Shown here one piece after another: positions 52,336-64,000 of a DNA stretch of 64,000 nt. Under the pieces are notes generated by a model, which saw only the letters and a program-made list of their open reading frames with translations, was not told the DNA's origin and did not search any database. Numbering within the stretch: position 1 is the first letter of the stretch; each line of letters opens with the position of its first letter. The position numbers and the translations under genes are program-made. Where the stretch lies: NCBI RefSeq assembly GCF_006345805.1, contig NC_043000.1, positions 102,982,001 to 103,046,000 on the forward strand, written 5' to 3'. The stretch comes from Octopus sinensis (lineage: Eukaryota).

Positions 52336-53706
52336 CACATACGCGCGCGAATTTTATACCCCCGCACATACACTCACAGATTTTAAGAACTTTTAAAATG
52401 CTGTGATTATTATTCGCTTATCAAGATATCGTTTAGTTGTTCTATCCTTTTCTTGTACTTTTTCTTATTCTTATTCTTTTGTAGATTGATGATGTCATGA
52501 CTGCTTTGCTCAATCGTTTGTATTGTTCGGAGTTGATAATATCGTCAGGGTTGTTTATGTTTCTGTTCTGGTTTTTCGCCTTTGTTCACAAACTGTCTCT
52601 ATTTCTGATATGGGCACGTCAATTTCTTTCGAGCTTTCAAACGACGGTTTCTTCTGCTATTTTGTTAGTTGTTTCTTTGAAAACACCTACACCTCAACTA
52701 TATCGTGCGTTTCATACTAGAATAAAAGTACACTTTTTATCTGTATTTCAGTCTTTTAAGCCAGGTCTTTATCAGTAATTTTGTTCACGTTCTACTTCTT
52801 TGGCATTTTTCGTATTTTCGTTTGTTTTTTGAGATGATTCAAATTTTGCCAAGAACAAAAGGTGATCGGAAAGTATTTCATCCAAAGGGTATACTCTAGA
52901 ATGTTCTAGTAATGGCTTCCACTGTTCCTGGATAATCATTTAACTGTTTTGATAGAGATATTGGTTGTTGTATGAGACTCATATTAAGTATTTTCACTGA
53001 AGAGTGGATCAATTCATTTGCTATCGATAAACCATTTATTTCATAGAACAACAGTAGTTTTAATCTTCGTTCATAAGTTTACGAAAACTGTATTTCTCTG
53101 TAACATTTAACCAGGTTTTTGCATTCTGCGTCCAAATGCTGCCAAGATCAACATCGCTTTCATCTTTTCGGAGTCAACTAAGTAATTACCAGTTGAGCAC
53201 TAAAGTCGGTAATCGACTTTTCTAACCCTTCAGACTTGACGGCCTTGTGCAAAAATAACGAAGGGGAATTATTTTCAATCGGAACTTTTCAATGATACAG
53301 ACACAACATAGACTACGCTTTCAGGTTTTTTGGATAAATTTTTATGAAATAACCCAATAAGTTTACCAATAATTCCGTGAAATATTCATGGGTCCCGCTA
53401 GTTATTACAGTTATTGTTGTTGTTGCTGTTGTTGTTGTTGTTGTTAAGGCGGTGACATCGTCTGTTTTTCCGTCCTTGTTTTCCTATACATTCGATGCTT
53501 TTTTCCAAGGAAGCTAATGTTCTTAGCTTAGTTTTTCCTTGGGGCTGGCCAGATTGGAGCAATCTCAAGGTTAATCAGCCGAAATTGCGAGTATGATCCG
53601 GTTCTTGACTGAGGATAAAAAGCTTCGAATGACCCGTCCTTGTTTTTTTTTTGCATCGTCTATCTGAATGTTTTGTGTTCTTGTCCCATTTTGTATTTTA
53701 TATATA

Positions 53707-53757
<51 letters not shown>

Positions 53758-53843
53758 TATTAGAGACAAAACCACTATTTTGCAAAACAAACAAGGAAAG
53801 ACTTAATCATACATAAAATTTTAATAAATAGTCAAAAAAACCG

Positions 53844-53886
53844 CCACTACAATTGTTTCTTGTCTTGATCGACAATCTTCAGGTGG
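53844..53886 (-). ncRNA. Minimal type I hammerhead ribozyme with palindromic stem III
   Basis: CCAC-CTGAAGA-TTGTC gatcaa GACAA-GAAA-C aatt G-TA-GTGG; GUA triplet. Confidence 0.75.
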
Positions 53887-53933
53887 ACTTCCAATAAGTC
53901 AGTTTCAAATTATGAAACTGACTTATTGGAAGT

Positions 53934-53976
53934 CCACCTGAAGATTGTCGATCAAGACAAGAAACAATTGTTGTGG
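53934..53976 (+). ncRNA. Mirror-image hammerhead motif (GUU triplet)
   Basis: Identical to the minus-strand motif except position 17 (U instead of A). Confidence 0.65.
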
Positions 53977-54151
53977 CGGTTTTTTTGACTATTTATTAAA
54001 ATTTTATGTATTGATTAAGTCTTTCCTTGTTTGTTTTGCAAAATAGTGGTTTTGTCTCTAATAATATTTTATAATATTTTACTATAAAATTGGATTTAAT
54101 CCTAAATCTGATTTTTTCCCTGTAAATTTGGATTTATTCCCTAATATTTAT

Positions 54152-54191
<40 letters not shown>

Positions 54192-54242
54192 GTATATACG
54201 TGTATGTACATATCTATCTATCTATTTGTCTATCCATCCATC

Positions 54243-54277
<35 letters not shown>

Positions 54278-54305
54278 TATATATATAATATTATATATAT
54301 ATATA

Positions 54306-54653
54306 TATAAAAGAAAAATATTTATAATTATAAACAAGTCACAGTTATAATTAAGAAGGTTTAAAAAACCTTTACATGTTTAGAAATAGCAGGCAAAACC
54401 GCTATAAAAGCATTCTTAGCGCTCATATTATTTCTCTTCACGTCGAAATTGCAATAGGGAATTAACCAGTTATTTTTAATTTGTGGATTCTATTTGTCTT
54501 ATCGCCCGCAAACAGTTTCAATTGTGAAGAGAAATAATATGAATGATAAAAATGGCTTTATAGCGGTTTTGGCTGTTATTTTTAAACATGTAAGGGTTTT
54601 GAAACCCTCTTAGTTATAATTGTGACTTGTTCATAATTATAAACATTCTTCTA
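54306..54653. repeat. Inverted repeat, ~135-bp imperfect arms with ~80-bp spacer
   Basis: TTATAATTATAAACAAGTCAC...CATATTATTTCTCTTCAC / GTGAAGAGAAATAATATG...GTGACTTGTTCATAATTATAA. Confidence 0.8.
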
Positions 54654-54765
54654 TGAATTTTATGATAAAATGTTTGGCCATTGATATATTCATAAATAAT
54701 TATTAATTGCTTATAATACAACCTCCGTAATGTATTATTACATTACTTTTTAATTATATATATAT

Positions 54766-57700
54766 GGAAAATAAGACAAGGTAGAAAATGCTAAAATAAT
54801 TTTATCATGAAGAACATTTTAGTACCGGTTTCAGTCTTTGCAACTTTTTCAACTTAAAGAAAAAACAATTGAATTGTGGAAAAATTAAATGAAATGTTTT
54901 AAAAAAATATTTCCATAGTTTTCAAATGCAAGGGACATTTTCCTTTTTTTCTGTCTGTCTCTCTTTTTTTACCGTTGTGAGGGCTTGGTAGCAAGTAGCA
55001 GGTAGTAGTAGTCCTAACATTTGATATGAGTTCTTGGTTTTGATTGTTTAAGCAGTAGTAGCAGCTGAGAAAGGAGGCGGCGAAGAAGAAGAAGAAGAAG
55101 AAGAAGAATGTGGAAGTGGTGTGACAGTTGAAGGTTGTTGGTGGAATCCTCTTAAATGGTCAAGTGACTTAACCTAAAAGTGACCTGTTGTGGCTGTAAT
55201 AGTAGTGATTGGAACTGTTCTTAATAGATTCATGGGTACTGATTGTTCTGAATATATCGTTTTCAACAATGTGCTTGGGTATTATTCTGAGGCCCTTGTA
55301 ATAGTGTCATTTATGGTGTATGCATTCAAAAAGGGTTTATATTTTGTGGTAAAATATGACTTTTTACCAATGCGCTGACTACAAGTTGCATCGTCCCTGA
55401 GTTTTATAGAGGAGAAAAATTCTGAAGCTGGGTTGTTTGTTAGTGGCGCAAATGTCTATGTATTCGCTGAATGCTATTCTTTTGTATTCCCGAATTTTGA
55501 TCTGGGAGCTATGTACAGCCATCCTTTGACGTAGACTGTTTTTGGTTTGGCCTATGTATTGCTCCCGACACCCAGAGCAAGTGAATACATATATTGACAC
55601 TGTTTGAAAAAGAACTCCGATCCCTCAAATAGGTTGACACATATACCACAGTTAGGTCTTCTGCATTTATTTTACTGACGGTTTCAGTGTTGTCGAGCGT
55701 ATTTGGGCTTGTGTTAGGAGACATTTCATAGATTCGGGTTGTCTTTTGCTTTTTATGACGGTGAGGTTTGGAGGATTAAATTCATTCTGTGGTCCTTTTT
55801 TAGTAGGGGTATGTTTGGAGGATGGTGTCGAAGGTTTTATTGTTAAGAGGGTTGTGTGTGGAGATGTATGGTAAGGTTGTAAATCTTTCTTTGATTTAGG
55901 ATATCTGAGTTCGTGGATGTCGAGTTGTAGGGCACGTTGAAAGCCTATATCAATTAATGATGGTGGGTAGTTCCTGGTAACGAGAATATCCTTTAGTTCA
56001 TGTTGTCGTGTTTCCTTGGTGCTTGTATTAGAAACTATAGTACAAATCCTTTTTGCTAAGTTGAAAGGGATATTCATTCTAGTGTCTGGGGTGGCCTGAG
56101 TTGAACGGTAGATATTGCTTGAAGTCCGTGGGCTTATAGTATATATATCTATTTCTATTTCGTTGTTAGATTTCTTAATGAGGATGTCGAAGAATGGAAG
56201 TTATTGATGGCTATATTCCATTGTAAATTGAATGTTTACGTCAAGTCCATTTATTAGTGTTTGAAATTCTTTAAATCTCTCTGTACTTTCATGCCAAAGA
56301 ACAGAACAGTCATCCAGATAGCTCTTCCAGTTATTTTCTATGTAGAGGGAGAATGGGTTGCCGTATTTTCTAGTACCTTACGATAAAGATTTCAAGATAT
56401 CCCATGACTAAGTTAGCAAAAAGGTGGGGTCATTCTCGTACCCATTGCAGTCCCCGATTTTTGTCGATATAAGTTGTCGTTGAAGACAAAGTAGTTTTTC
56501 TCCAAGATGAATTTTAGCCCTTCTATTATGAATTCTTTTTTGATATGATGTGGGAGTTCATTGGATTAATTCTCTAGCCAGAATTGAATTGCCGCTGTTC
56601 CTAGGCTGCGGGGGATATTAGAATAGAAGCTGACTACATCGAAGGATACTAGTAGGGTGTTTTTGTTTATTATTTTAGGGAGGTGATTGAGCATATCTAG
56701 GTCGTCCCTTATGTAGCTTTTGATATACTTAAGGAATGGTTTTAAGAGGGTGTCTAAAAAGTTAATGAGGTGGTGTTTTCGTATGCGGGACCTGCTATTA
56801 TAAGTCTTAATTTGAGGTCATTAGGAGTAGGGACCTTGATTATTATGTATGTGGCTATCCTGCATGCGTTACTTATTTTCTCATTTTTGTGTATCTTGGG
56901 AATACTGTAGAATTGGCTGGTTTTACTTTTGAAGTTGGTCATATAATCATATTCCTTGTCGGTGAGCCCTTCTCTGTATAGGTTTAACATAGATTTTAGG
57001 TTTCTCATTATTTTCTGCTGACTATAGTGTTGGATCTTTTCATATGGTTAGTGCTAGAGTTGTATTGTATACCTTTATCGGCCTCTTTGATTGTTATCTT
57101 TACCAGCTTTTAATTTGTTCAGCTCAACCCATTCTTTTTTTTTGCTGAAGTTTGGCTTGTGTTTTTGTTTGTGTATATCTTGATGTGGGTAATTCGAGAT
57201 GTATTCATAGAAATGGTCAAGAATTTTGCTCTTACTTTTTGAAGGGGTGTTGTTACTTCTATTTTAGACTAACGATTCGTCCTCTTTGTATTTGTCGTAT
57301 AGTTCCTCAGTGAGTCGTAATTTTCTACAGAATTCCGAGACAGCTTCATTCATTTCGTTGTAGTTTGGGCGTTGGTGGGGGTGTAAAATTGAGCCCTTTG
57401 GAGATTATGTTGATTTGATTTGCTGTTTATTTGGTTTATCATTTTTGGTTCTTCCTGTCTGTCTGGTGCTATCTCGTATCTCTGTGTTTGCGTATTGGGT
57501 CTCAAAAATGATTGAGATCGGGCCGGTTGCTGTTATGTAGTTGTTCTTTGTTGTGGAGTGCCCTGATGTGATTTCTGGTGCGGGTTCTTGGGAAGGTATT
57601 GAAAGGTGTGTCTCTATATTTCATGTTCGGATGTGGTGTTTTAGGGGGCTGTCGTTGGTAATTATTACGTGTGGTACGGGTTTGTTGTGCGTGGTTGTTT

Positions 57701-58945
57701 AGTAGATTGTTGGAACGAAAATTTCATTGGAGAGAAGGTTGCAATATCTATCCTGCGGGTAATGATTTTCATTTCTCTGTTTCATGTTGAGGTACTCCCG
57801 ATGATGGTGGGTTACAAACTTAGGATTAGGTCTTCTATTCTTTTTCGGTAGGGGGTGATGGTTCCGTTTTTTAGACAGGTGTGAATCTGTGCTTGAGTGT
57901 TGCTTCGATTTTCTAGTCTTAGGAAAGGGTTTTTGGAAGTGTATTCTGTTTGAAAGACAGTTTCATAGTTTGAGAACCAAGTGGCACTTTTTTCCTCAGC
58001 GTTGGAGGGATCTCAGTTCTTCTTTATCACAATCCTCTTTCCCTAGTTTGGATATCTTCTCTAGGTCGGGGCCTTGAGTCATTTTGTTTAATTTCTTGGT
58101 TGATCTCTTCATTGGTGGATTTTGCTCTATCTTCATTCGTCTGAGCCCTCAGTTTTAGAAGTTCTATTTCCATCTTCATTTTTCCAATGGTATTCTTTCC
58201 CTGAGGCGTATTTGCGCCTCAGGTTCATCTATAATGGCTTTGATCTGGAGTTTGTACGGGGGAATTAACGGTGTCAGATTGAGCCATTTGCCGTATACAT
58301 TCGCTTTGTTGTTGTTTTGGATCATCTTCCAAAAGGCGAACTTTCTATCTCTGAGTGATTTCATTGTTGTACTGTGTATTGTTTCATTTGGTATGTTGTT
58401 AGTGTATTGATCGCATATGCTGCCTCGTTCGGTGGTCCTTGGTTGGCGTTGTTTGAGAAAAATGTTCTGTTTCGCATAAGTTTCCAAGGTTTTCGACCAT
58501 TTCGGAGGTTGTATTTTTCGTATCGATTTCCTCAATGTTCTCTCGATTCGGTCCATGTGTCGAGTCGAATTTGTTAAAACACGCTGACAGATTTGTGTTG
58601 ATTATCTTGAGTTCTTTCAGTATTTCTTCATTTATAAGTAGTAACTGTGTCTGTTTTTGTCGGCATTTTCTGTATCTCGTGTGGGATATGATATATAGAA
58701 TATGTACCTGTTACCAAGCCCTCACAAGAGTAAAAAAGAGAGGCAGAGACAAACAGAAAAAAAGAAAATATTCCTTACATTTGAAAACTATGGAAATATT
58801 TTTAAAAAACATTTCATTTAATTTTTCAACAATTTAATTGTTTTTCATGCTTTAATCCAAGTTGAGAAAGTCGCAAAGGCTGGAACCGGTACTAAAATAT
58901 TCTTCATGATATTATTTTAATATTTTCTACCTTGTCTTATTTTCC
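54766..58945 (-). mobile_element. Penelope-like retroelement (disrupted RT + GIY-YIG ORF) with inverted terminal repeats
   Basis: Motifs FYSIPKIHK, LVSFDVVS, QKSGTAMGTR, NWKSYLDD, SGHPRH/MNIPFNLAKRICTIVS and IYVFTCSGCREQYIGQTKNSLRQRM in broken frames; 54766-54993 is the reverse complement of 58704-58945. Confidence 0.92.
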
Positions 58946-58980
58946 TTATACATATCAACTCGTGTGTTCCTTTTCAACCT

Positions 58981-59060
<80 letters not shown>

Positions 59061-59080
59061 CACATACACACACATACACA

Positions 59081-59630
59081 CAGGGTGCGATGGATAAATT
59101 GTCGGTATTTAATTTTTTTATTTCGTGCGTGCGCATCGTTTATTTTTGATTTTGTCGACGATACAGCATAGTAGGGTCAGTTGAGCACAGTCTGTGAGAA
59201 AAACAGCGCCATAATGCAATCCACTCTCCCAGGAATTTGAAAACAACATTCTGTATTGCTTGACATTCTCACCGGAAGCTCCAATGCAAACATTTCAGAG
59301 TGTTTGGGTCTCAATCTAAAAGTTAAGCATCCAGTCAACATCATGGTGTTTGAAGTGATCACTAGTGATGGCGACATTGTGCCTCAATTCATCTTCCTAC
59401 ACAACCTCAAACTCAACACGGAGACCTATATCAAATACCTGCAGGAGGTAGTATTGCCCTGGATGAAGAGGGTAGCTACTGGAAGACCCTATGTCTGGCA
59501 ATAGGACTCTACACCATGCCACACAAGCAGGATAACTCCGTCATGGTTGTCAGACAATTTCTGCGACCACATCACTCCTAACATCTGGCCACGTAACTCC
59601 CCAGACTGCGACCACCGAAGAGGAACTGAA
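59081..59630 (+). pseudogene. Internally deleted Tc1/mariner-superfamily (maT/DD37D-like) transposase remnant
   Basis: KHPVNIMVFEVITSDG...LQEVVLPWMKRVATGRPYVWQ*DSTPCH...IWPRNSPDC; element starts CAGGGTG. Confidence 0.8.
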
Positions 59631-59929
59631 GACAAGGATTAGGGTCTAGTTTTTTTTCATTCGCAAAATATGCATTTTTTAAAAGGCAGTAAAAAAATTT
59701 GAAAATTGGCTATAATAATGTTGTCTTCCAGTTTCATTGCTTGAAAGGTATGATGTTGTGGAGAGAAAAAAATGGAGAAAATAGCTACAGCAGGGCCGTT
59801 CTTTATGTTGTTTGTTTTGTTTTCCATTTTTGTCCTTCGTTGTTCGAAAAAATAGTTCATGTTCCATGTACTCCTGCTTCGTATTTTTTGTTGTAGACGT
59901 TTCATGACGTCCTGTATATATATACGTAT

Positions 59930-59962
59930 AGATTTAAGTATGTACATATATGTATGTATATA

Positions 59963-60012
<50 letters not shown>

Positions 60013-60046
60013 TATATATATATAGATATATATATATATATATATC

Positions 60047-60078
<32 letters not shown>

Positions 60079-60108
60079 TATTAATATATATATATATAAG
60101 ATATATAC

Positions 60109-60191
<83 letters not shown>

Positions 60192-60219
60192 TATATATAT
60201 AATATATTATGTATGGATG

Positions 60220-60251
<32 letters not shown>

Positions 60252-60402
60252 TATATATATATATAATATAATATATATATATATAATATATACGATATAT
60301 ATATATATCTATATATATATATATATATACTACATACATATATATATATATATATATACATACATACATACATATATATATATATAATACATATACATAC
60401 TA

Positions 60403-60444
<42 letters not shown>

Positions 60445-61260
60445 GATATATATATATATATTATATAATATATATTATATATATATATGCATATATATCT
60501 CCTCCCTCTCTCTCCCTCTGCAATCGTTTCTCTTTCTGCATCTCTCTCAGATCAACTTTCTCTCACCTCACCCCCTCTTCTCAGTTCCTCAACTTCACTC
60601 ATTCTCTCTTGTATCTATATACCGCCCTCTTTCTCTCTCTCTCTCTCTGTTACTCCCCCTCCCTCTCTCTGCCTCTTTCCTCTCCGCTCCTTCCAGGTCA
60701 AACCCCTTTTCCTCTTCCCCTTCTGTCCCCTTATTTCTTTCTCTACACCACCCTCCCTGTCCCTTTACTACACTCTGTTGCGCCCCCCTCTCTCCTCTTC
60801 TTCCCCCTTTTTTCTTCCTACCTTTCCTCTCCCTGTTCCCTCTAAGGCTCACCACCCCCCTGTCTCTTTTTCCTCTCTCTGTCTCCTTCCTCCACACCAC
60901 CCTCTCTGTCCCTTTACTTCACTCCCTGGTACCTCTATCCTGCCTCTCTCTCTCTCTCCCTCTCCATTTCATCTCTCTCTCTTCCTCTCCATTTTATCTC
61001 TCCGCCTTTCTTCTCCCTGCCCCCCTAGGGTCCACCCTCTTGTCTCACTTTTCCACCCTGTCCCTTTCTACTACACCTCTATCCCGCTCACTCTCCCCCC
61101 TGCTGACCTGCCATTCTCTCACCTTTCTCTTTTTTCCCTCTTATTTTCTCTCTTTCTCTCTTCTCTCAGGAAAATCCCCTCGTCTCTCTCTCTATCCCCC
61201 CCTGGCTTTTCTCCTTTCTCTCTCTCCTCTCCATATCTCTCCTCTCTATCTCTCTCTCTG
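59930..61260. repeat. (TA)n block followed by ~770 bp of CT-rich low-complexity sequence
   Basis: Direct inspection; source of the Ser/Leu/Pro-rich pseudo-ORF 60487-61344. Confidence 0.9.
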
Positions 61261-61264
61261 TTCC

Positions 61265-64000
61265 TATATTTCACTAGAAGAAAATGGCAAGAAACTGGTC
61301 TGCGAAGAGGTGCAATTGTTCGTCCGCGCTTGGAAGATCGCTGAGGACGACTCGCCGAACGAAATTATTGCTGCGGCGCTGAAAAGCAACAATTTTTCGA
61401 GAACTACGCCCCAGATAGAGCGAAGAAGAGAGAAGTTATCCGTTCGTACGCTCTAATCAGGCAACATGTGGACACCCTGGACATCATCCTGGGAGGTGAC
61501 GGCAGCAGGGAGGGCCAAAAGGATGAGGAAAGCATCAGAGCCAAATGGAGAAGCCTGGAACACAGGGAAACGATGACACATGTCCAGCTTCCAACACCAC
61601 AACTGAAGACCAAAGAGGTGCGATGGCCGCAAGAAAGGAAAGGCACCCTGGAATTGATGGGAAGCAGGAGGTAAAGGGTGACAGAATCAAGGCTAAAGGA
61701 AGCCCGTCCAGAGAAAGCAGAGGGACCCCAGCAAAAACTGTAAGGGCAGGGAAAGAAACACCTGCAAATTCTACCTGAGGGGGACTGCTGGTACGGCGTT
61801 GAAGGTGCAAACTGTCGCTTGCACATCGGAGGCCCTACCAAAACCGCACGGACGCGAGACAGAGGTCCCTCCCTCAGGGAGAACAAAAACAAAAAGTTAA
61901 AAGAAGGGAAAAAAGCGCACTGACCACTACTGAAAGACGGTATGCAGATGTGGTGCGCGGAAACCCAACAGGTGGCCAGCTTCACACCCAGATGTGAGAA
62001 GGGCGGCAGCTGAACAGCAGTCTTTTTTGTGCATGGCACAAAAAATTGTTCAGCAGCTGACCTGGCTACAAGCACAAAGCTGGAACTACCACCACATAAG
62101 GCCACCTCCAACAGATGCAGGATGGCCACCACAGACACCAACACCAACACACACACCACAAAAATTTCTACTGATGTAGGAGGGCTGCTGCGCGGAAACT
62201 GTAAAAAGAAAATTTCATTCTGAGAGACCTTGTGACATGCATTCAAGCTATATGCATGGCACTCACAGACGCATCTTGAACCCGATATAGGTGATGCAGA
62301 AATACACATGCCGCAATATGCAGTCATACGCACAGATAGAAAAGGGAGGAGCCATGGTGGAGTTGCAATGTACATCCGAGATGACCTCACGCCCCAGGTC
62401 CTGCTGTCATATTCAAACTCAGTATGTGAAACTCAAATTGTACACATAAGACAACTGAATATCGTCATATGCACTACATATCGCCCACCACCAGACGCCC
62501 AAAACACTCAGGCATGTTTGAAGACTGCCTAACAAAAATAGGAGAAGTCCTCACCACCTTGAACAGCACAACAGTGTATTCTTCATGGGAGACTTTAACC
62601 TCCCCAATGTGGAATGGCCTGGGGGGCAGATGCTCCCAGGATGACACACCATCAGCAGGCACAGGTGGAGTCCCTGCTCCATCTCACAAATACCTCTTTC
62701 ATGGAGCAAATAGTTCTGCAACCAACAAGGGCAGATAATATACTGGATCTCTGCTTTACAAACAATATGGATATTATCCATAATGTTAATGTGATGCCGA
62801 CAATGATCTCGGATCCACATAATAGAGCTGTCTATGTATGGAACAAAAGCCCCCGCAGACACACAGCTATACGAAGCACCCACCATCTCTCCAACTTAAA
62901 CTTTCATAAAGCCAACTGGAAGTCGATTGAGAAAGAGATCCTCAAACAGGATTGGCCTGAATGTCTCTCCACACCGGACATAAACATGAAACACAAACAC
63001 TTCATGTCCATAATACAAGCCATATGTGACAAATATGTCCCAATGTGCAGGGCCAGCACACACAAGAATAAAAACAGGATCCCTAGAGAAAGGAGGATTC
63101 TTATGAGACGACGGACAAGGATTGCAAACCGCCTGAGCAAGCACACCAAAAGTGGTGAGAAGTCTCGGCTCGAAAGAATGCTAATGGAAACTGAGAAAAG
63201 TCTACATCAGTCCCATGAAAAGGAGAGAGCAGATAAAGAAGCTTGGGTAATAGAAAATATAAAATCAAACCCTAAAGCTTTCTTTAAGTTTGCCAAAGAG
63301 AAGCCACAGTGCACCAGAGAATAGGACCTCTCTTCCAAAAAGATGGCTCTCTCACAGGAAATCCCACGAGGATAAGTGAAATACTGAACGAACAGTTCCA
63401 AAGTGTGTTCACTACACCTCTAGGACACAGGCAAGTAAACAACCCAGAAGAATTCTTTGCCACTTTACCAGCGGCCAAAGAGACAAAAATTGAGTACATC
63501 AACATCGAAGAAGATGATATCACACTAGCCATTGATGAGATTGACACAAACTCAGCTGCTGGACCTGATGGATTCCCAGCGATCCTTCTCAAATCGTGCA
63601 AACGAGCCCTTGCAAAACCGCTACAGCTTCTTTTTCAGAGCTTTCTTGCAAGTGGTAAGCTCCCAGTCAAACTGAAAGAGGGGGTAATATATGCCCTATC
63701 CATAAGGGAGGTAGCAGAGCAGATGCTAAAAATTATAGGCCTATCTCTCTGACCTCACACATCAGCAAAGTCATGGAACGAATAGTCCGTAAGAAACTAA
63801 TCATGTTCCTTGAAGAAAATGACTTACTGTCTGACACCCAGCATGGATTTCGACCAGGTAGAGGCTGCCTAACACAGCTCCTGCAACACTATGACTGGGT
63901 GTTGAAACAGCTACTAAATGGCTCAAATGTGGATGTAATATATCTTGACTTTGCAAAAGCCTTTGATAAAGTCGACCATGTATGATCTGTCACAAACTGC
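61265..64000 (+). mobile_element. CR1-group LINE with disrupted ORF1 and ORF2 (APE endonuclease + RT), truncated by the window edge
   Basis: APE: RTDRKGRSHGGVAMYI, TYRPP, GDFNLP, PTRADNILDL. RT: SAAGPDG, YRPISLTS, QHGFRPGRGCLTQLL, VIYLDFAKAFDKVDH. Multiple frameshifts. Confidence 0.93.

Larger units (their letters stand above)
53751..54150. mobile_element. Inverted-dimer element with two hammerhead motifs (distinct family)
   Basis: Arms 53751-53907 and 53913-54070, ~157 bp each with ~2 differences; 5-nt loop; unique extension to ~54150; flanked by (TA)n. Confidence 0.9.

Noticed and set aside
53600-53645. CTGAGGA...GAAT motif in a dispersed repeat
   Set aside because: Core not conserved in the sister copies at 45.3 and 47.8 kb
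60487-61344. 285-aa Ser/Leu/Pro-rich ORF
   Set aside because: Stop-free reading of CT-rich low-complexity DNA
61404-62390. 328-aa minus-strand ORF
   Set aside because: Antisense to the CR1 LINE ORF1/ORF2; no independent motifs

Overview
Eukaryotic, very AT-rich genomic DNA dominated by microsatellites and transposon remains. The SINE types and the (TA)n/(CA)n/(GATA)n load suggest an octopus or other coleoid cephalopod (inference). No intact host gene can be named, and most ORFs in the supplied track are microsatellite artefacts. Recognisable elements: a disrupted Penelope-like element (RT + GIY-YIG) with inverted terminal repeats (54.8-58.9 kb); an older fragmented Penelope (about 48.5-53.4 kb); a CR1-type LINE running off the right edge; a Tx1/L1-type LINE 3' fragment inside (GATA)n; an R4/Dong-type RLE LINE 3' fragment inside (TAA)n; RTE fragments; mariner and maT-like transposase remnants; a non-autonomous Helitron; many MITEs; and two tRNA-derived SINE families. 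The most striking signal is a set of minimal type I hammerhead ribozyme motifs from at least four unrelated short repeat families. Three of them sit in head-to-head inverted dimers that form near-perfect hairpins. A second signal is a ~43-nt 3' tail shared by the Tx1-like LINE and one SINE subfamily. All alignments, translations and folds were done by eye and need computational confirmation.
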